Shown here piece by piece: positions 53,565 to 59,251 of a DNA stretch of 59,251 nt (its first letter is position 1; every line of letters begins with the position of its first letter). Source of the DNA: Welwitschia mirabilis (Eukaryota); NCBI GenBank assembly GCA_051453625.1, contig JBOZIK010000001.1, positions 3,863,390 to 3,922,640 on the forward strand, in the 5' to 3' direction. The notes beneath the pieces are model-generated. The model was not told where the DNA came from, searched no databases, and saw only the letters and a program-made list of their open reading frames with translations. The position numbers and the translations under genes were made by a program.

Positions 53565-54889
53565 CTAGTCAATTTTGCATATTCTTCAATGAAAGTAATA
53601 TAAGGTTCATCAGCATCATGTTCCCATGGTTTTCATCATGCATCTGAAGACCTTCCCATGTACTCATAGGTTTCTCCCTTGGTTTCCCTTTCTTCTACCT
53701 CCCTCCTTTTAATCCAATAGTATTTCCAAGTTGAGATATGTTTCCTAAATAAGATAAGTAGAAGAAAGACATTCATAACATCCTTTGAAAAGAAATAAAA
53801 TGGCTCAAGAATCCTTCAAAAATTTTGGGTTTCTTGAGCAATAAGTCATTCATACAATGTAACTAGAAATTCTCACAGCATCCCATATAGTATGGTATTG
53901 CTTGAAGTTATTTTAGTAGGCATTCAAGGAGAAACCATTACAATATAATATGGTCCAAATATTATAGGGCCTAAACATTTTATAACAGCCATTAATTAAC
54001 TTAAATATGAATCAAAGAAAAAAAACATTTAAGCATCTTTGATTTCTTAGAGAAGTATCTAAAGCGTAAAGGGCAAGCTCCAAGAAATCAAAAGTTACAA
54101 GTACTTTCTTCTGTGGAGTGCCATTTTTACATTCCTAGGACCTGTTCCCATCTTCATTTCAATACCCCTTCTTGAAATCTTAGCTCTATGTTTCATTTGA
54201 TAAATTTAGTTTTTGCCTTCTTTACATCTCTGTTTCTCTATCAAATTTCTAAATGTGCATGTGTAATCAAGTCCTGTTCTATGTTGGAGGGGCATAATTT
54301 TAGCCAACAAGAAGTAGAAAATTACAAGAAAAATGTAGGAAACTAAAAAATGATCTTGAGATTTAAGAAGACACTATGGTTTCTTGACATTCTGTTTTTC
54401 TTATTTCATATCTAGTCTTAGGCTCATAAGAGAAGAGAAATTGTATGAGAGTATTAAATCAAAATTTTAATTAAACATTTTGGCAAATAACACTAAGAGC
54501 TTTAAATTATACAATTGGTTGAAAGAAACTATTGCCATCCTAGAAATGCCACATACAATAAAACAAGTTCTGTTTTAAAAACGAGTCTCATTTTATATCC
54601 CCTTAACTTTCTTGTTTTTGGAAAGAAAGCTATTTTACAAAGACATAAGATGGAATACAAAGTGCATTATTAACATATGAAAATATAATATTATTAAATA
54701 AAGATACAACTACTTAATATCATCTATAATCTAACTGTATAATGTTTAGTTATTTTTGGGAGTTTGGACTACTTACAAGTTGCAGTAATAACATGTGATT
54801 TTCTTGTACCTTACTTAGTTTGCTGTTAAGTCTCTCCATAAAGAGTCACCATTTTTCTCAAACATTGTAGCACCTATCATCTCCCATTT

Positions 54890-57800
54890 AGATATTCATG
54901 TTTGCAAATTCATATTCAAGACTTTGATATAGTCACTGTAAATGATATAGTCCAAAACAATCAATTTTATATTCTGTGTTCAATACATATCACATAAGAA
55001 AACTAAGCTTATTGGGAAAATTTTATTGTAAAATTCTTTAGCAATTAAAACCAAACAATGTTTTGTAAATACTACATACAATTTTTAGGTTTTTCAACTT
55101 GGCTTTCCAAATTTTCAATGCTTTAAATACATACTGAACTCTATGTGTTATGATTTCAAAAAAATAAAATGAATGTTTTCTGCCATACCACAAACTGACT
55201 TCTGAATCACCAAAATCATAGAGCTATAGAAGTATTTAAGCTTTTGTCTTTACCAAAAAGGAGATAAATGTAACCATTTAACTTATAGTTTTGCTAGTAA
55301 AATGTATTAATTTGAATCTTGTGAAAACTAATTTCTTACCTTTTTGGGCCAGCAGGATGCATAAGAATGTCAACATTTTCCATAGCCATGAAAAATCTAC
55401 TACTTTAAGCTCGGTTTGAGTACTAATGTTAATGTTTAACTGGAAATAAAAATAAGATGCAAAATAACTAAATGAAAGAATAGTTTTTTTCTTTTAAATT
55501 TTAAAAATGGCTTAGAACTTATATCACATTTAGAACAGATACTTACAATATTTGTTTGAACAAATTTAAGATCCACATGAAGTCTTGAAATGTTTTTTAA
55601 ACCCTATACACAATAATAGTAATTGTCTCACATCCACATTCAGCAAGAAAGTTCAATAATAGATTTCTATGGTTGAAAACTCTAAGTATCATTACATTTA
55701 TGATTAAGGGAGAGCAAATTTGTAAAAGGTGGTTTTTTTAGTGCTCTAAATAATGCAATAGAAAGATCATTTCTTTTGAAAATATCACATCAAGATTTTC
55801 AACTTTGAAAATGGTGAGGGGAAAAATGATGTAGATTCTTATTATATTCTTATGATGCAGTTACAACTATAACTCAGCAATGATTTTCCTAGTTTTTTCC
55901 CAAGTCTGTTTATGTTGATACTAGAAATAAATTTCTATGGGATTACAAGAGGTTAAGTGAAAATTATCTATGATATCACATACATAAACCTTATGAAAAC
56001 AATTTGCATGCAGTTGAGCTAGCAATATAGATTATCTTTATAATACATTACGACATGTTCATACTAGTTATGTGACAATGTTACTACATATTAAACTTTT
56101 CCTAGGCCTTAAAGTTGGATTTGTGCTATTAGATAAAGCCTTTCATGAGGATATAGATTTCATACCCAATTCATGATTTTTTTAGAAGATGTAAATCCAA
56201 TATCTTATTATTTTAGCAAAGATGTGAGTTTAATATTTCCTATGCCTTTATTACTTATGTGAAGCTAAAATAGTGTTATGGTGTATTGGTTGCAAATGAA
56301 TCATAAGAGAATAAAAAGAGTTTAACAATCCTTACACTTAAAGACTATTATTTTATAACACAATTATGCACCATTACATAACCCTTGAGTACACAGGTTA
56401 CAAAGACCAAGCACTAGATGACAAATAAATAAATCAGCTTCAAAAATTTTTGTTACCTTAATTGCAGGTAGGAGGTTGTAAGGTTTACTAATAATGTTTC
56501 CCAAGGTATCCAAACCAGATATTTCTTATTATTTATGCATATTCTAGTTCAGTTGAGATGAGATTAGTACTTCCTTAACCATACACTAATTGGCTTAATC
56601 ACACAGGAGAGCCATATTCTGTGGTAATGTGCAAACTAAAAACCAAAAATGGCTAAAACTATACTCCCTCCCAGGTAATGTGTAAACTAAAAATAGATTG
56701 TTTTTCAATACTTTGAATGGCTTCTAGTACAATAAGAATACCAAAGATCATGTATAGAACTATGAATTATTATGTCCAGGTATAATGCAGAGTTTCAATT
56801 ATTAGCACTAATCATTACTCTATTCTTGGAATGAGGAAAGATGTTTTCAAAATTAGGATTTGATGTGCTTACAGATTCTTGGCATGACAATACCATTTAA
56901 ATGTTTGCAAGGAAATAGGTAGTAAATAGGAATTCAAATAAATCAACACTACTTATGAGAGTATAATTAGCAATCTTGGCTCCTTCAAATCTGAACTAAA
57001 CATTGATTTCACCATTGAGGGTGTTCTTTAACCCTTAATGCTAGAAGTGGTTCTTAACATTTTCTATACAAATAAATGGTTTAAGGGATTGGAATTCTCT
57101 ATAATATTAGTTATTTAGATTTTTTAATGGGTCATGATAGCATGGATGATAAATTTTTAACAACAAGGTTCTTTCTTAACATATCCAGCAATGACAAGCT
57201 TTTCAAAAGTCCTTTATTGTCGTGCTTTGTGATTAATAGTGGAATAATTTCCATTAGGTCAATAGCTCATTGAAATGATCTAGAAGAAGAAAGAACCAAT
57301 ATGTCCCTTATATTCAAAACCATCTGATATCATTACATCAAAAGAATATGTAGATGTGAATAACCAGGATTTCTATTCCTATTCAATTCTTGAATTTTTA
57401 GAAAATATTGTCTATATAGTGTGTAAGGATAATGGCCTTGCATGCCATCTAAATCCCTTATAAAAGCTACATTATAGTATATGTGGTAGTATGGATATTG
57501 AGGAACTGATGCTCAAATGCCAATTCTGTGGGAGGATGGTTGTGAATTGCTTTCGTTTATCCTTTTCTACCTTCTGTAAATGATCAATAATGGACTTGTA
57601 CATGTATTATTCATCGGAGGTCTACTTCAATTTTTCTAATCATTTCCTTAAAGAATATAAGAAAAAAGTAGATGAAATTCTAAATGGATGCTACTAGCTA
57701 TTCTTATTTCATCACCTTGAATATAGGTATTAGAAGAATTAGAGTTTGATATGATTGCTCTTTGGACTGTTTCATTTGATGGTAACATTAAGCAATGGTT

Positions 57801-59240
57801 AATTTATGAGAGAATGATCTTTTAATTTTTCTACAACTTGTTTTTTTCTACATATCTTATCAACCATATGCATTTATGATTTGGACATATATTTGCATTA
57901 GAGGAATCATAACAAAAAAGGAGCTTCACTTGCTTAAGTCCATTGAACACTTACTCAAGGTTGGGAAGAAGCAATACTGGCATGAAGCTAATATAATCAA
58001 TATGTGTGTGGGTCTTCTTATAGCACTAAAGGCATTCCTCAGGTTGTGATCATTGGAATCTAAAGGAGAAGTTTGTTTGCATCTATAGTAAAACTTTTAA
58101 GAAATCATAGTAAAGGAAGATGACTTTCTAAGATATTAAACTTACAATGATTATGTGTCAGCTCTTATGGAACTACTAGTGAGAAAATCTAAATATACAT
58201 CTATGCAAACGTTGTCTAGGCCACATTTAGAGTTAAATATCATATTCTAATTTCTCAGTAGTGCAATTATAAATAAATGATTAAAAGAGAAGAAGGAGTG
58301 CTTAAAAAGATAAAAGCTTACTAGAACAGTTGGTCTAGCAGAAAGAGAAAAGCTCCAAATGCATGACAAGAAGTACAAGATCCTTGGTTTTATTTGAAAT
58401 CAATTGAGATCTCTTATAATGTTCATGCATTATATTTGGTTAAGGTAGTCTTCATGCAGGAAGGGTTCCTCATAAACAAGGGTACTTCATAAAAGGAGGA
58501 ATTATAAATAAGGGAAAACAGTAGTCAAATGCAAATATAGGAAAACAAAACATCATGCAGGTAGGATAGAAGAGAAGATGAGAGCCAGTAAATGGATGCA
58601 AGGAGATGAAGCACTGATGAAAGATGTAATGTAGGAGCATAGGACATCACATGATTATAAGACACTATTATTCTTAGATTCAATTAAAAAATATTTCTAG
58701 GATGGATATTACCATTCCAAAATGGTGTTCACATGCAGAGGATGAACTTCTCCATTCTTAAGCACCAAGTGAAAAGAAACAATTTAAGTAGACATCTTTA
58801 GGGGAAATAGGAGTTGATGAGTTTTAACATTCTTCATGGAGATAAACACTTTTTCTTTCTTAAAGAGTGAAATAATTAGGCTTTCTACAGAAGCATTACA
58901 CAAAGAATGATATTTCAAAAGAAATAAATAAGACAAACATTGTTTGCAAGACCTAATCAATTCTATAGACAATTAGAAAACTACTTACATAGAGCATTCC
59001 ATAATGACTAATATTATTCTTTGTAATTCATTTTATACATATTATCCTTTTTAATTTATTTTACATACTAGTCCCTAACAAACATAATTTTGAAGAGTTA
59101 AAGAAATATTCAAAGTTTAGTTCTACAACCAATAATTATTGCCAAATTCTCTTGCTAGTAATTTAGCATTTTATTCATGCATTCCTGGCCTAACAAATGC
59201 ATTCCTGTATCAGTGTTAGTATCATATGTTGAGTTATTTG
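54890..59240 (+). pseudogene. SWEETIE: SWEETIE / HEATR5-like HEAT-repeat protein pseudogene (N-terminal part), heavily decayed
   Basis: Collinear segments: LFGPAGCIRMSTFSIAMKNLL (~55340), FVKGGFFSALNNAIE (55719-55763), MPILWED (~57518), LINHMHL*FGHIFALEES (57856), then after a frameshift LLKSIEHLLKVGKKQYWHEANIINMCVGLLIALKAFLRL* (57930-58050). These match recalled SWEETIE LGARRPVRHLASVAMAKII, FVRQEAFILLHNALE, LVNQMVLCFGIMFASQDS and LLSVIQQCLKAGKKQQWRTASLTNICAGLLAGLKAL. Boundaries are approximate. Confidence 0.75.
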
Positions 59241-59251
59241 AAAAAAAAAAA

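Noticed and set aside
52773..53603. Cys-rich ORFs of 100-212 aa (and counterparts at 47034-47939)
   Set aside because: They lie within the Copia LTRs, overlap in several frames, and are not kept intact between the two LTRs.
53575..53745. Minus-strand exon-like block right of the Copia
   Set aside because: All frames contain stops and I could not assign any homology.

Overview
AT-rich, gap-containing plant nuclear DNA made up mostly of decayed transposons. There is one intact protein-coding gene: an intronless reticulon-like (RTNLB) ORF at 22143-22907 (+), in a CpG-retaining island and probably a functional retrogene. At the right end is a heavily decayed, intron-containing SWEETIE/HEATR5-like pseudogene (~54.9-59.2 kb, +) that the ORF track misses. 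Mobile DNA includes: an L1 LINE (5.1-10.4 kb) with an in-frame ORF1/endonuclease deletion-fusion and a long 3' extension; a Tork-like Copia (47028-53564); a pol-less Tekay-like LTR element carrying a ~101-bp tandem array (37366-41885); a Tekay-like junction with only ~150 bp between PBS and PPT (318-499); an Athila-like LTR; a CACTA end; tRNA-derived SINE relics; and several very old LINE, Gypsy and Copia remnants. I found no convincing wholly new multi-gene system. Homology calls come from recalled family motifs, not database searches.
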